From contig CP089275.1 in NCBI GenBank assembly GCA_023920165.1, positions 5,022,001 through 5,086,000 on the forward strand: a stretch of DNA of 64,000 nt, given 5' to 3'. Below are positions 27,062-39,856 of the stretch, in pieces. Position 1 is the stretch's first letter. Each line of letters opens with the position of its first letter. The notes beneath the pieces are model-generated. The model made no database searches. It worked only from the letters and a program-made list of their open reading frames with translations, and was not told where the DNA came from. This stretch comes from Curvularia clavata (Eukaryota). The translations under genes and the position numbers were made by a program.

Positions 27062-28064
27062 ATGCTTCACCACCAGCCCCAGATTCTCTCTCCTCTCCCT
27101 GAGATGAACTCGCACTCTTCCACCGATCCTTCTGGCGTTCGTGCCCGCAAGATGTCGGCCGGTGGAAACAGGTCTTGGTCCGAAGAAGAGGTATGATCTT
27201 TTTTGTCTGTCTGTCAAACTACCTCCTAACATCAGCCAGGAAAACTACCTTCTTCAGACCCGCATGCAGAAGATGCCATACAAGCACATTGCTGCCCACC
27301 TCAAGAAGACTGAGCTTGCCTGCCGCCTCCACTACCACCAGCTCTCCCACGGCAGCCACCGCCGCAAGCGCAACAACTCTGTATCCTCGACCACCTCCTG
27401 CAGCTCCACGGGCACCTCTGCTGCCTATGGCATGGTTGCCGAGCAGGACGCCTACTCTCAGTCGTCTCGCCACAGCTCCCCCATGAGCTACACGGGCAGC
27501 CCCCATGTCCGTGCTGGTTCGGTATCAAACTCCCCCGGCCGTTCGCAGCACAAGATCCTTCTCCCCAAGCCTCGCACTCTTACCCCCTGTGGCTCGCCTG
27601 AGCCATACAACGGTCTCCGCATCAACACTGAGGTCGCTCACCAGCCCAAGATTGTCGACACTGACCGTCTTCGCTCCATCTACGAAGCCCGCCGTCAGCA
27701 GTTCTGGGCTACTGTTGCTGCCGACTACGGTGCTGATGTTTCTCCTGCTCAGCTTGAAGAGATCTGGCGCAATGGCTCCAATGCTGTTCGCCCCCCTACC
27801 CCTGACGCTTCCCCTGATGGCAGCATCATGCACAACCCCGTGTTCAAGCCTGCTCCGTTCCAGCCGTACATTTCTCCAGCTCAAAGCGAGCCAGCCAAGC
27901 ACGGCAGCCCCATGAACCCCAACGCTAGCGCAGTTTCTGCCCCAGAGCGCATGCCATACGTCCTACCCATGCCTGTACCATCTTCTGGTCGCCCAAGGTC
28001 CTGGAGCTCTGCCCCGAGGGATAACATGCCCATTGCCAGCCTGCTCAACGATGACAGGAACTAG
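27062..28064 (+). CDS. Myb-like DNA-binding protein 3; intron 27191-27239
   Basis: NRSWSEEE|ENYLLQTRMQKMPYKHIAAHLKKTELACRLHYHQL (Myb-like helix-turn-helix). A second conserved-looking block DRLRSIYEARRQQFWATVAADYG follows, and the C-terminus ends MPIASLL. Confidence 0.85.
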
Positions 28065-31000
28065 TCTGTTTCACTGTCTTTATGTCGTTCTGTACACCAC
28101 GAAAATCCTGTCATCTAAGCGCTAGGAATCTGCATATGGGATAGTACGGCTTTCAATTCTTTACTTTCGTTAATTCTCTGTTCAATCAAGGCTTTTTTTT
28201 TTCTTGCACGACTCAGCTGTACTCGGCATGATATGGCATATGCGTTTCTCCTGATACGATGCAGCGCGCGTTTCGGTTTCACCTGGGCTGGGTGGGGGTT
28301 CTTTCCATTAGCGTTTTTGAAATTTGTCACTTGTTTTCCACTTTTCTCTGCAAAACATGCTTATTGGCCATGGGATAAAACGGGCGTTTTGAGGTTGCAT
28401 GTCTCTTCTCCTCTCTCTCTGCATAAAAGTGGATACGACGTCGGAAAGTCAGGCCCACAAGTAACGTACCAAAATCCAGATGAATGTTTCAATCCTACAT
28501 ACAGACTCCTCTCTCCACTTGTTACATGTTGCGCTGATACAATGCATTCTGCTATGTGTTTGAGATGTATATTATAGGCCAGCATCTTTTGCGATATTGG
28601 TTCGTTCTTGTCCTGATAATCTCGCTTGAATACGGACTTTGCTGTTTTGGGCCACGGCTAAGCGACCGAGGTGTAACCTGTGTTTCGGGACTACCGAACT
28701 TCCCTTTGGACTTGCTTGAACTTGAACATCCTCTCGCCAGCCGTCGTAGCACCGCCACCGGCGCGACCGCAGTGCAAACTGTACATAAGACGTTATACCC
28801 TTAGCGCCCGATGCGCTGCAACGACCCTTTTTTTTTACTTATCCAATCGAGATGCAATGGTTCTGCACAACACCATTTGCATAAAACCGCCGCGCTAAGT
28901 GAACCAGCACTGAGCGGCTCAAGCGTCACGCCGCAATGTCACACGAAGCTTATCTTCATTCATATCGATCTCGATTGTGATCTTGATTTGTCGATGGCAA
29001 TATCCAATAAGTGAACCGTTTGGAGAGAGGCTCTTGGAAAGCAGTTTCCCAGACGCCGGGATGACGGGAACTTGGCGGTGCACAAGCCCTGAATGTCGGT
29101 ATTTTGGAATGGAACGGAGCGTAGCATGTGCTTTTGGCGTTCAATTACCGAACAAGAAGAAATGTTTCGTTGCCCCAGATATGATATTCTTTTGTTCCCG
29201 TGTGATCGTCTCCATTTTATTTTATTTTATTTTCGTTTTGTGAATCGTTCAGATCGGCGAACATGCAAAATAGCAAAAACAAGGTTTTGACTTTTGGTGT
29301 TCCAACACGGAGACGAAAAGAAAAAGCAACATTGGCGATCGTGTTCGTCGCATGCCATTTCAACAACGTTCTAGACTCTCCTCCATTGTTTTACTTAACT
29401 TATTTTCTTTTTCCCTATCTCCTTCCGACATGTGTCTAGACTCTCTCCACTCCCACCCATCATCCTACACCATCTTGAACACGCTCTGACCGTTCAGCGC
29501 TTGGTAGTATTTCCATCAGCAACCCCCCGTCGTCGGCTAGCGCACTCAGCCGTTCGCCGCAAAACGTTTCAAATACAATACCCACGGACAGCGCTACACT
29601 TACCAAACGAACCGTAATTGCGGCAAGCCAGCCAGTAAGAAAAGAGGGTTGGATCGGAAACAAGTACCCGTAGGCACCTAATCCCCGCATCATCTGAGTC
29701 TTAGGTAGCATGTATACTCAACGGCTATCTCAAGTTACATCGGGTGGTGAATGGGTTATCGAATTACCCCGCAAGAATGAAACATTGCATCTCGGTCGTT
29801 CTTTGTTCTTTTGCTTTTTTTTGCTCTGAGCTAGTCTAGTCTAGATTCCCAACCCAATCGTTGTAAGTTATCCTATTATGCAGCTGCGTAGAACGGGGGG
29901 TCCGTTATCCAGTATACAAGCCAATCGCCCTCACCCTCCTCCCCTTCCCCCAGACTATGCGCAATGCAATAGCGCCTAGAGAGTAGGTGTACCGATCACT
30001 CACACACACATACATAACTCGCTACCACAATTTGTATAGAGTATCATCGCGCATCTGCGCTCGTGCCTCAGCGCGCGCGCTAAGGATGCGTAGATTCACC
30101 TTGAAACAATTCCTCCCGCACCATGTTCTACATCTCAGCCAATGAGCATGTAGCAATGTTTTTTGGCATCTTGATAGGTCGCGCGGGAGAGGTGATTGGT
30201 TGGATGGAGGGTTGCGGTGAGGTAAAACAGGCGTTGAGGTGTTTTTTGGGCCATGTAGGATGTGGTGGTAGGTAAGAAGGCTCGATCGCTCTCCCCGCAT
30301 TTTTGGGTGGGGCAATGGGTTTGAGGGGGGTTTTGGCATGTTAGAGAGAGGGAAATATGGTACGATTTCTGCCATCTTGCCGTAGTTGCTGATGTTCATG
30401 TTGATGGATTGTTTTTGCTATTCTATTTGCTTGCGGCCATAGTAGTAGTGTGAGCGCTCATCGGCCCAAAGTAGATGGCGCCTCCTAATCGATAGCCAAC
30501 CGAAGATCATACTTGTGTGTGTTATTCAGCCTACAACGCTCGAATATTGTCATGTCAAAGTTACATGTCTTGACCTTCCGGTCAAGACCCACATTCAAAC
30601 CCGTCTCTCGGTGAATTGACAACCTTCCATTCGGCCTTTCTCTCACATGTATTTGGAATTCCCAACTCATTCACGTGCCTGGCCCTATGACGATATCCCA
30701 TCCAGGGTGTGCATATCTGGTCCCCATTTTTTGTCGTACCGAGTTACTTTTCCCTCGGGTTCTCCCTTGACCCTGAATATCGCCTCCTTTCTTGCATGAC
30801 GACAGGTGGGTGTGGCGCTTCTATTCTAGAAGCCAAAGAAGATAACCAGTTGCTTTTTTTGTGACATGCACACTGACCCCTACTTGCACCCCCCTTGTCA
30901 AGCCGCATCATCTTCGACTTACCGAACCATAGTGCACATCTCCCGTCCGTTCCCCGATGTCATTTACCAACGCGCATCCTGACGGGGGCTGACTCGCTGA

Positions 31001-31802
31001 TACGGACAGGTTATCTATGGTAAGCCAATTTCCGCAGCCATCATGTGGCTCGAATCTGTTCCCTGTAACCAGGACACCGTCTCCTCCAACCCGCAATCCT
31101 CCCAGCATTCCCCCTTGATCCTGCTCCCGGCGAGTCAGCAACCCATGTCACTTGTCCCGGCGCATACGCCAAGTTTGGATGCGGATCGACACTCCGGCAA
31201 TCATTGCGCATTCGCCGGGTCCCTCATCGCCGCTGCGACTCGACGTGTCGGGTTGTTGTTGTGGAGATTCGCGGTCTGAGCGCTCAGCGGCGTTTATGCG
31301 AACTGGGGTCGACGCTTAGTGGGGATTTTACGCGCTCCTCAGTTTCGAGGCGCATAATTCGTACTCCCACGCCACCGAAGCGCGCCATGGAGTGGAAGCC
31401 TTGTAAGGCTGATGACCGATATGCATGAACAGCTGAAGATTGGTACGTATTCCTAGATGGCATTTTACCTAGGCATATCCATGGAGCTCTCTCGGTCATA
31501 TCCGATCAGTAGAATGACAAAGATCAAAGCGTCAGGGAAAGAGGTCCGAAGACCCGTTTTGTTTGGATGTAGCCACTGCCAGGACCCAGAATATGCCACC
31601 CGCTGTCTGTACGTATGCATGCAGGCATGGGCGGCTGCTTCTGAATAAGGGTTTATTGGGACTGCGTCACCGAGCTGGGCAGCCCGAATCCAATACACTA
31701 TGCTCTTCAGGCTGCATTTTCGGTGCCCCACGGTATGATGAAAGGCCGATAGTAATGCCGCAGAATTCATCGTGGCTGAGCATCTTCAAGTGGCCGTCAT
31801 TG

Positions 31803-34032
31803 TCAAGGGCCGGACTCCGCTGCTGCTTCCGACTCGAGATGAGTCTCGTTGTCGGGTTGCGACCGTCTCCTGTCCTCAGGGTCTTGTTCCCCCTTTCCGT
31901 TACTCATCGACTTCACGCCGCTCCTTTCGATATCTCTCCTCAGTTCAGCTTCCTCTTTCGGATCCTCGGTACCTTTTGCGCTGTACTCTTGGTCCATGCG
32001 GTGCATGAGCTCTTCGCCCGGTAGTAATATGCTTCGGTCAATTGCAAAAGGAAGCCCTCGGTGCCTTCCCCGGAGCATGGCGAAAAGTAATACCACTTTG
32101 CTCAGGCTGGCAAAGTCGCCGCAAAGGCTATAGTTTTTGCCTGGAACACCGAGACTGAGACCGACGGTGCCATAGGCGGATGTAACTTCAAATAGTATGG
32201 AAAAGACACTGAATCCGGGATCCGCGTTCAGAATATGGCGCCTTTCGATGCAACATATTAGGAAGAAGACTAGAAACTGGAACCAGATGTCGTAAGCCAG
32301 TTGCTTCTGCAGGTGGGAGGCTATGCCGCCAGCGTTGTTGTTGTTCTCTTCTAGCCCGATCGACTTCTCTTCATAGGTGTTCGTCTTTCGTAGCGTAAGT
32401 GTCATAGGGTAGATAGAAATATACCTAAATATCGAGGAATAAAGTCAGCATGATCCAGGATTATCTTAACAGTGTGTGACTCTTACATTATAACAAGGTA
32501 TGCAACCAAACATGCTGGAGCTAGGGAACTGAAAGATATAATATAAGCACCGCTGGTTCTTAGTCCACTTGCTTGAAACAGACCATCGAGGATACGTGTG
32601 CCAGTGGAGAGAGCCTCAACGTCTGGCATGCCGATATTCAAGATCTCGAAGCAAAGCCAGGCCGTCACGTCAATGGCAAACTGAGTGAAGAACAGATACA
32701 GTGTTTCGCGAGCAGGAAAAAGGTAGATGAAGCATCGCCGTGGATGCTGCAGCAAAAATCCCATCGTGTTGTTGACCCGTGATTGTTTGGGTGCCATCTT
32801 CTTCAAGCCCCAAATAGTGATGCGGAGGAAGATGGGAAACTGTGTTTGGCCGGCAAATGCAATGGTTGCAGCTACCAGTAGAACATACGGGTAGCCACTG
32901 AAGGGAACAAAGTTGGCGTTCAATATGTTCAGACCGCCGTTTGCAAATTCGGTGACAACTTGAAAGAACCCCCACCATCCAGGATTGATAGTCCCAGGCT
33001 GTGAGCTGTATAGTACGCTCTGGATATTCCCGCGGTAGGCATATGGTAGGAGGAGAGTGGTCCCAAGTAGATACCAGAATATTTGGTACCCGATCAGAAT
33101 CAGTAACAAAGCCTGCAACGCACGATACTCGACACCTCCCAGCTCCATGCGATCTGCCTCGCTCAGATCCCGAAAACGGCCTCTAGAGTCGAGATGCGGT
33201 TTGAAAGAGATATAGTCATGCTGTTCAGGCTTCAACTCAGTAGCGAAGAAGTTGATAAAGCGATGGAACAGGTTCTGTGCGAACTGCGTCTCCCATGGCG
33301 TTGGTATGAAGCCAAAGCCTGTTTCGTAGTAGTACGTCCTTTTTCGTGATACTGGTTGGATTTTGATATTCGAGGGGCCGCCACTTTGAATCTGTTTGCC
33401 TTTTCCAATATGATTTTGAATTTTTCTCGGCCGGTGACGCAAGCTCTCGCTACTGCTGCTGTCCTCAATCGCATTTGGTCGACGATTTTCCTCAATATCG
33501 TGAACTAACCGCTGCATCGTATGCGATTGTTTTATGACATCTGCTAGCTTCTTGCGGAACAAGGCTCTCCTGATCAACACCACAGCTGTTGAAACAAAAG
33601 GTATGTTGCCAACCATCATGAGGATGGCAAAGGTAGCTTGTTGGTAGCCAGACAAGGGGCCGAGATCGACTGGATTGAGACCTGGATTGAAGTCAGTTGA
33701 TAGGTCGTATCAATTGCAACAAGTAACTTGCCTGTAGTCGTCATAGCACTACAGCATAGGAATAGCGCGTCTATGTAACTTAAATGCGCATCGCAGAGCT
33801 CTCTCGGTCCATCAGCAAGACCTTGCCCATACACAACAACGGATGAAAGCGCAATAACAACAATGAAATACAGCATATGCGCGCGGTAGAAATTCAGCCT
33901 GAACACCTCCTCTTTCATATACTTGATGAAATCATCTTTCGCCTTGCGCGGGTTCTGCAGCTCATCCAACGGATCCGTCATTACTGATTCGTCATCTACG
34001 TTGTCGTCAAGTCGCTGCCAGAACGAGCTCAT
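31803..34032 (-). CDS. Trk/Ktr/HKT-family (TrkH) cation/potassium transporter; introns 33731-33682 (GC-AG) and ~32485-32425
   Basis: Four pore-loop motifs: SAMTTTG|LNPVDL, EFANGGL, GLRTSG, FEVTSAYGTVGLSLG. Also LGGVEYRAL, FLLQHPRRCF and RGRHRGLP..IDRS. Confidence 0.92.
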
Positions 34033-34636
34033 GCTCTATGGTCTGGATATGGTAGCTTCGCAGTATCACTCAATATGGTTTGTCGGCGTCATCTGATCCA
34101 GTGTGCTAATGGATTGTTGGAAGCTGTGTTGTTACCTGCTGGTGTCTGCCGATGATGTCACTGCTTGTCATACACTGTAGCGTATTCTCTAAGCGAATGA
34201 ACAGGGTTAGCCTGACATGCAGTGGTGGTCAATCATCAGGTCCGCGAGTGTTGTGATTGGCTCATTGAATTAATCCTTTTCATTCAGTACATGGTAGTAG
34301 TGTTGGTTTTGTTGATGGGTCACATAGGCATGTTCTGCTTCAGACTAACCACACTTCCCTTTGATCATCGATTGGACTTGATTTACATATAGGCAATACA
34401 TTGGATAGGCTCATTAGTACAGTACACTCCTTTGCGCAATAGGCTCTCGATGGTGCAGAGATGCACGCACGCCATTGTACCTTGACATGAAATTTGAACC
34501 CCATCAAGAACACTCATTTACATAATCTTTGACAAAGGTAGAAAGGTTCATCTACCATAAACTAGATAGATGTCTTGTCACACGATTGCACGGCACTCAA
34601 GAGCACCAAAGCGTCTAGCTGCGTGATGGCAAGTCT

Positions 34637-35587
34637 TCACTCGCTGAAGTCGATCGGATATCTCAAAACTGGGTGATCATAAGGATAAAAATCAATCAGC
34701 GGAGACGAGTCCAACAAAAAGAGTTGAAGACGGTCTATCAATTCTGAGAACACTGCATCATCGCTGAAGATCTTAGCCGTCTCCTTGAAGTACTTGTCGT
34801 GATGTGGGTCCGCACAACTAGATGTGAAGTACTTGTCGATTTCGTCGCGTGAGATATTTGCTTTGACAATTTCCGTCATTCGGTCCAGAATTGGTTTGTA
34901 AACTGGTGGGATCATCATGAAAGTCAGCTCACACTTGACTCTGAAATGAAACAGGACTGCAAGGGTCCGACCAATCGAAGCATCACCGGAGCCTTGCTCC
35001 ACGCACATGGGCCCCATGGTTATTGTATCTGGGTCTGGTTCGAAGACGAGATGCTTCATTTCACCAACCAGACCTGATTTAGCGAGTAAAGAGAGTAATC
35101 GCCAGAGGGACAAGTCTCCTTTTGTGCTATCAGTGTGACTCTCCGTTTCCTTAGAAATCTGGACCCGGTGAAGGTACTCTGTAAGGAATTCGATGCGGGT
35201 TGTGGGATCACGCGCGAAGTTACTCGTGAACGCTCTGCGAAGTCGATCGTTCCAGCCGTTTCGTTCGGGAAGAAAGCACTCCCTGTACCACTCCAGACCA
35301 CAAGGGGTTTGGCATTCCAGGGAAGTTCTGGTGTAGGGATCTTTCTCATATACGGGTCGGTTCATCTCTGGGAATGCGGCTTTGTACACCATCAGGCGTA
35401 GTTCCTCTGGCAGTCCTGGCGAGTGGGTGAGACCAGTGTCCACAGCGAATGTGCAGAAGCGCTTGGTGGTTGGGGGTTGGTTCCCGTTTAAATCAGAAGT
35501 GTGCGAGACTGTGCGACTGTGCGTTGTATCGGTTGGACCGGTATCAGCGCGGATGTCACCAGGGTCATCATGCGTTGAGGGCGGCAT
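34637..35587 (-). CDS. Hypothetical protein (316 aa) with an F-box/2EXR-like LPEELRLMVY motif
   Basis: Single long ATG-initiated ORF with globular composition. No family recognised beyond the short motif. Confidence 0.6.
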   Translation of the reverse strand: MPPSTHDDPGDIRADTGPTDTTHSRTVSHTSDLNGNQPPTTKRFCTFAVDTGLTHSPGLPEELRLMVYKAAFPEMNRPVYEKDPYTRTSLECQTPCGLEWYRECFLPERNGWNDRLRRAFTSNFARDPTTRIEFLTEYLHRVQISKETESHTDSTKGDLSLWRLLSLLAKSGLVGEMKHLVFEPDPDTITMGPMCVEQGSGDASIGRTLAVLFHFRVKCELTFMMIPPVYKPILDRMTEIVKANISRDEIDKYFTSSCADPHHDKYFKETAKIFSDDAVFSELIDRLQLFLLDSSPLIDFYPYDHPVLRYPIDFSE

Positions 35588-36891
35588 GGTGTTGACCTCG
35601 CGGATATGCTTGCGTGCGGTTATAGGAGCTTTAGCTAGATTGTCCCTGTCGAAATATAGGGTTTGAGAGAAGAGGTTTGTAGGGCTTAGTGTGCTTTATA
35701 AAGGTAAATGTAAGGGGTTTGATGGTACGATGTAGCAAAGTTGGTTGATGTTGGTAGTGGAAGAGGGATCAAGTAGAGCTAGAGTGAGCTAAAGAAAAGA
35801 TATGGCAGCAAACGGGCAGTCACGTGGCAAGAGCCACGCTAACGAGTAGGCAAAGGTGAAGATGAAGATGACACGACCAATCAAGAGATGGGCATGTCCC
35901 GAATGAGGAAGGGTCTGTGGTAAGAATGACATAGCTAAGCAAAACGCACCCACACTCTACTGCGTTTGTGCGCTGGTTAGTCGTCAGAGTACCACTGTCA
36001 AGACGCGATTTGGTGAGAGTGCCCAACAAGGAAGTCACATTCATCGACACACGCAACGACGTTACCACCAAGGGAAGCTATACCAGGGCGGCAGCGATAA
36101 AGTCTTCTATAGATACCTTCTAACACCTTAATGTAACCACCTCATACATATACGCAGATGCACGTTTCTCGCGTTAGTTAGTTACCTCGAACAGGCGGTA
36201 CCTTGAATAGTCATATTCAGTCAATAAAGTCTTTACACAAGACAGGACTTCATTCCTTCTCACCGGTCAGAATGTGGAACACGCATAAGGGTTGGAATTT
36301 GTTCCTACGAGGCAGGTGTACACCTAAGCACAGTGTAGCGCTCGGATAAGCAAATGCCAATGTGGAGAAAAAAGCAACTGCAGGTGGAGTTTCTCGGCCG
36401 CGAAGCAAAGCTTTGAACCCTGGCGCGGTTCGGTGCATCTCAGCGCGTCCGTCCAAGCTCCAAGCTCCCCAACTGCTGCATCACACTCACATACCAACCA
36501 ACATCCATCACGCGACAGCAGAAAAAGCCGACGGAACAGTCACAGCTTGCCCGATATGGCGAATCCATTCCGACTCGGAATTCGGGATTACAAAGCAATA
36601 CATCCAGTTATTCTGGCTGTCCGCGATTGGGTCTGACTCGAAGCCCTTTCTCACCGTCAGATAGGCGCCCTGACAAAAGGCCGCGCACCCCGCAATGACG
36701 GAGGACTAGCCGCTCACGGATATGGTCATGGGGAGTGGGTCGTCGGCTCAGCAATGCGATCGCGCAATTCACATACAAACGATGTGACTGTTCGCATTTT
36801 CCCCAGCCTTTGACTTCTTCTACTTTTCTCCGTCGCAAAGCTTCAAACTAGTTGGTTAGTGAAGCATGCTCACGCTGCTCTTACCGGCGCC

Positions 36892-38907
36892 ATGACAGAA
36901 CACCGGCTACCAGTCAAGCAACTGGTAATCCTCTGTAGGTCTCTTGACCCCCAAGTTCGCATGCTCTGGGGTATTGCGGTCGCTGACCTGTTATGTGTAG
37001 CAATATGTCGCTTTTCCGAGCCCATCGCCTTGACGTCCGTCTTCCCATACGTGCCCGAGCTCATGGAATCTTTTGGCATTCCTAAAAATGACATTGCGCG
37101 ATGGGCTGGTATTTCGTCGTCGACCTTCTCCCTTTGCCAGGCGTTTACGGGACTCTTTTGGGGCGCGGCGTCGGACCGCTATGGCAGAAAACCGATTATA
37201 TTGTTTGGCCTGTTCAACACCATGTGGACTATGTTGCTGTGGGGGTTTTCTGTCAACCTGCCCATGGCCTTGGTTGCGCGCGCTTTAGGCGGTTTGTCGA
37301 ATGGGAATGTTGGCATCCTGCGAACCACAGTCGCAGAGCTTTGTCCGTGGAAGGAGCTGCAGCCTAGAGCCTTCAGTGTGATGCCGCTGGTGTGGACTGT
37401 TGGTGCGACTTTTGGACCTACCCTCGGTGGTGCCCTTGCGAATCCGCTAGGCGTAGACCTCCGGAAACCCCGAGGCACCTCGTTTCTCGAGAGGTTTCCC
37501 TATTGTTTGCCGAACATTGTTGCGGCCGTGTTCTTCACTGTAGGAATTGTAGTCGGCTGGCTGTTTCTGCGCGAAACGCTCGAGAGTAAGAAACACGAGC
37601 CGGACCTGGGACTCAGGGTCGGGGCGAGACTGACACACTTCGTCCGCAAATTAATGCATCTGAAGACGGACGAAAAGGGCGTTGGAGGCGAGCATGAACC
37701 GCTACTTGGTCGGCGGAAAGCAGTAGACACTGAAGCAGCAGCTTCGCCGCGTGTCAAGGCCACCCAGGAAAAGGCACCGTCGGTTCGAGATGCGCTGACG
37801 TTTCAGACATCAACCAATTTGGTTGTGTACACGCTGCTAGCCTTGTACTGTCAAGCATATGATCAAGTATGTCTGCATTTCTCAAGTCGAATTACTATTG
37901 CTGTTGCTAATCACGTGCAGTTGCTTCCCGTGTTCATGCACCATCCCGTGCAACTCGACTCAGACCCTGCTGTCTCGCTGCCGTTCAAATTTGCAGGTGG
38001 CTTTGGGCTTGAGTCACGTCGCATCGGAATTATCTTTACCCTCTTTGCCATTACGTCCACGATATGTCAATTTCTGCTATTCCCGCCTATTGCCCGTCGT
38101 CTTGGCGTGCTCCGCTGTCTCCGCATTGCTTTTGTCATTTTTCCCCTGGTTTTCTTCTTCACTCCGTTTCTGTCTTTGATCCAAGACCCGATTGGCCGGC
38201 AAATTGGCATGGTAATCTTGTTGGTGGTCCGCGGCGTTGCGGGCACATTTGCATTTCCCACGAGCACTATTATGCTTACGAACAGTGCTCCGAGCCTGCG
38301 GGTGCTGGGAACGATCAACGGGCTGGCTACGAGTTTCAGTGCTGTGGGTAGAGCGGCTGGACCGACGCTGGCTGGTGGACTGTTCACGTGGGGGGTCAAG
38401 CGTGGCTATGTGATTGTGCCTTTCTGGGTGCTATCCGTCGTTGCACTCGTAGCGTGCATTCCGACCATGCTGCTGGTGGAAGGTGATGGTTTTGGAGATG
38501 ATTCGGACATTGACGACGCAGAGAACACCGTCGAGGTCACAGAAGAGGAAGAAGAGGGTACTGTGGAGGACGCCAGAGCACGGCTGCTGCAAGACCGTGA
38601 GGACGCCCTGCAGTCCGAGTCCGAGTTTGGCGATTTGGGCGAACCCCCCAACTTGCTGAGTCTTACGACTACGCGATCGAGCTTTGCTATGGCATCGGAC
38701 GACGAAGACGAGATTGGAGAAGAGGCTGGCAGAGGACAGATAGGACACGGGCTAGAGGCGTCGAGAAGTCAGTCGCAAAGCAGGAGACGTGGTGTGCGGA
38801 GGCGGTCGTCGGTGCCTATCGGTATGGGGATAGGGTTCCGACGATACAGCTCGAATCTTGGCAGTACGGGCATTGGTAGTGGAGGAGCTAGCTGGGGTGG
38901 GGCATAG
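36892..38907 (+). CDS. MFS transporter (ZIFL/YCR023C-like) with acidic C-terminal tail; introns 36935-37000 and 37867-37920
   Basis: ICRFSEPIALTSVFPY, MFS motif A WGAASDRYGRKP, ARALGGLSNGNVG, and about 12 hydrophobic segments. Confidence 0.92.
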   Translation: MTEHRLPVKQLVILCRSLDPQVRMLWGIAVADLLCVAICRFSEPIALTSVFPYVPELMESFGIPKNDIARWAGISSSTFSLCQAFTGLFWGAASDRYGRKPIILFGLFNTMWTMLLWGFSVNLPMALVARALGGLSNGNVGILRTTVAELCPWKELQPRAFSVMPLVWTVGATFGPTLGGALANPLGVDLRKPRGTSFLERFPYCLPNIVAAVFFTVGIVVGWLFLRETLESKKHEPDLGLRVGARLTHFVRKLMHLKTDEKGVGGEHEPLLGRRKAVDTEAAASPRVKATQEKAPSVRDALTFQTSTNLVVYTLLALYCQAYDQVCLHFSSRITIAVANHVQLLPVFMHHPVQLDSDPAVSLPFKFAGGFGLESRRIGIIFTLFAITSTICQFLLFPPIARRLGVLRCLRIAFVIFPLVFFFTPFLSLIQDPIGRQIGMVILLVVRGVAGTFAFPTSTIMLTNSAPSLRVLGTINGLATSFSAVGRAAGPTLAGGLFTWGVKRGYVIVPFWVLSVVALVACIPTMLLVEGDGFGDDSDIDDAENTVEVTEEEEEGTVEDARARLLQDREDALQSESEFGDLGEPPNLLSLTTTRSSFAMASDDEDEIGEEAGRGQIGHGLEASRSQSQSRRRGVRRRSSVPIGMGIGFRRYSSNLGSTGIGSGGASWGGA

Positions 38908-39856
38908 ATACAAGCATAGTTTTTGTTTCCAGAGGGTTACTTGATGGCGTTAGTAGGGGTAGCAGCCATAGGCTGGTTGCGGCTGACAATGAAACACACA
39001 ACAATGACAGCAGAGAGAGCTAGCTTGGGTAGGGTAGCATGGCGTATGCAGCGTATAGCGTGCGTGAGGGTATCCACAGGTTGCACGGCGGAGATTGACA
39101 GGACGTTGCAGAGCAGAAGAGCAAAGCTGACGGAACGGGCGGCAGGTTTAGTGGCGGCGGGCTGGCCTATTGAGCGACCTGTCTCCACCACCACCATTGT
39201 CCCGCGTTTCGCAGCTGCACGTCTAGGGGCGCTCGACTCGACTGCAACTGGATAGCCTCAGCACCGGCGGGGCCCGAAAGGCGGTCCGCTGGCTAGACAG
39301 CTCAGCTCCCACGGGCTTGAGCTGGCCGGGCGGGCGTCTGCCAGCACTACCACGACTGCATCGTCGGCCGAGACTGCGACGAGACAAGGCGAGACCAGAC
39401 ACGGCCGCCCGCAGGCACGTCATGCAGATACAGCACATGTGGCGGTCAGAATGCAGCATCTGGAAAGATACGAGTTTGCGGCCACCAACAGGCAGTCGTT
39501 GTGCTGTAAATAGAAACCCCGGCGCACACGGCATGAGACGAGAGGTGTTAGCGGCAGATCGGCCACGGGCAGCCAGCCTGGATGCAGCAGCGTGACCCCC
39601 GGCTGCTTCTACACGCACGACTAGATAGACTTTGGCACGCCCCCTGTCCTTCTTTTACTGATCACCGCAATGCAACCCGCTTGCTTTTGCCATCGCTAGA
39701 CACTGCGCAGAGCTGTCTCGACGACGACGACGCACACGCTGGGCCGCCATGGGCTCGCTGTATACCTGACCCCGTCTCTCTTCCCTTGCTTTACTCCCGC
39801 ATCCCCAAGGCCCGCCCTTCTCTCCCGCCACAGTATAGAGGGCAACGGGCTTTACC

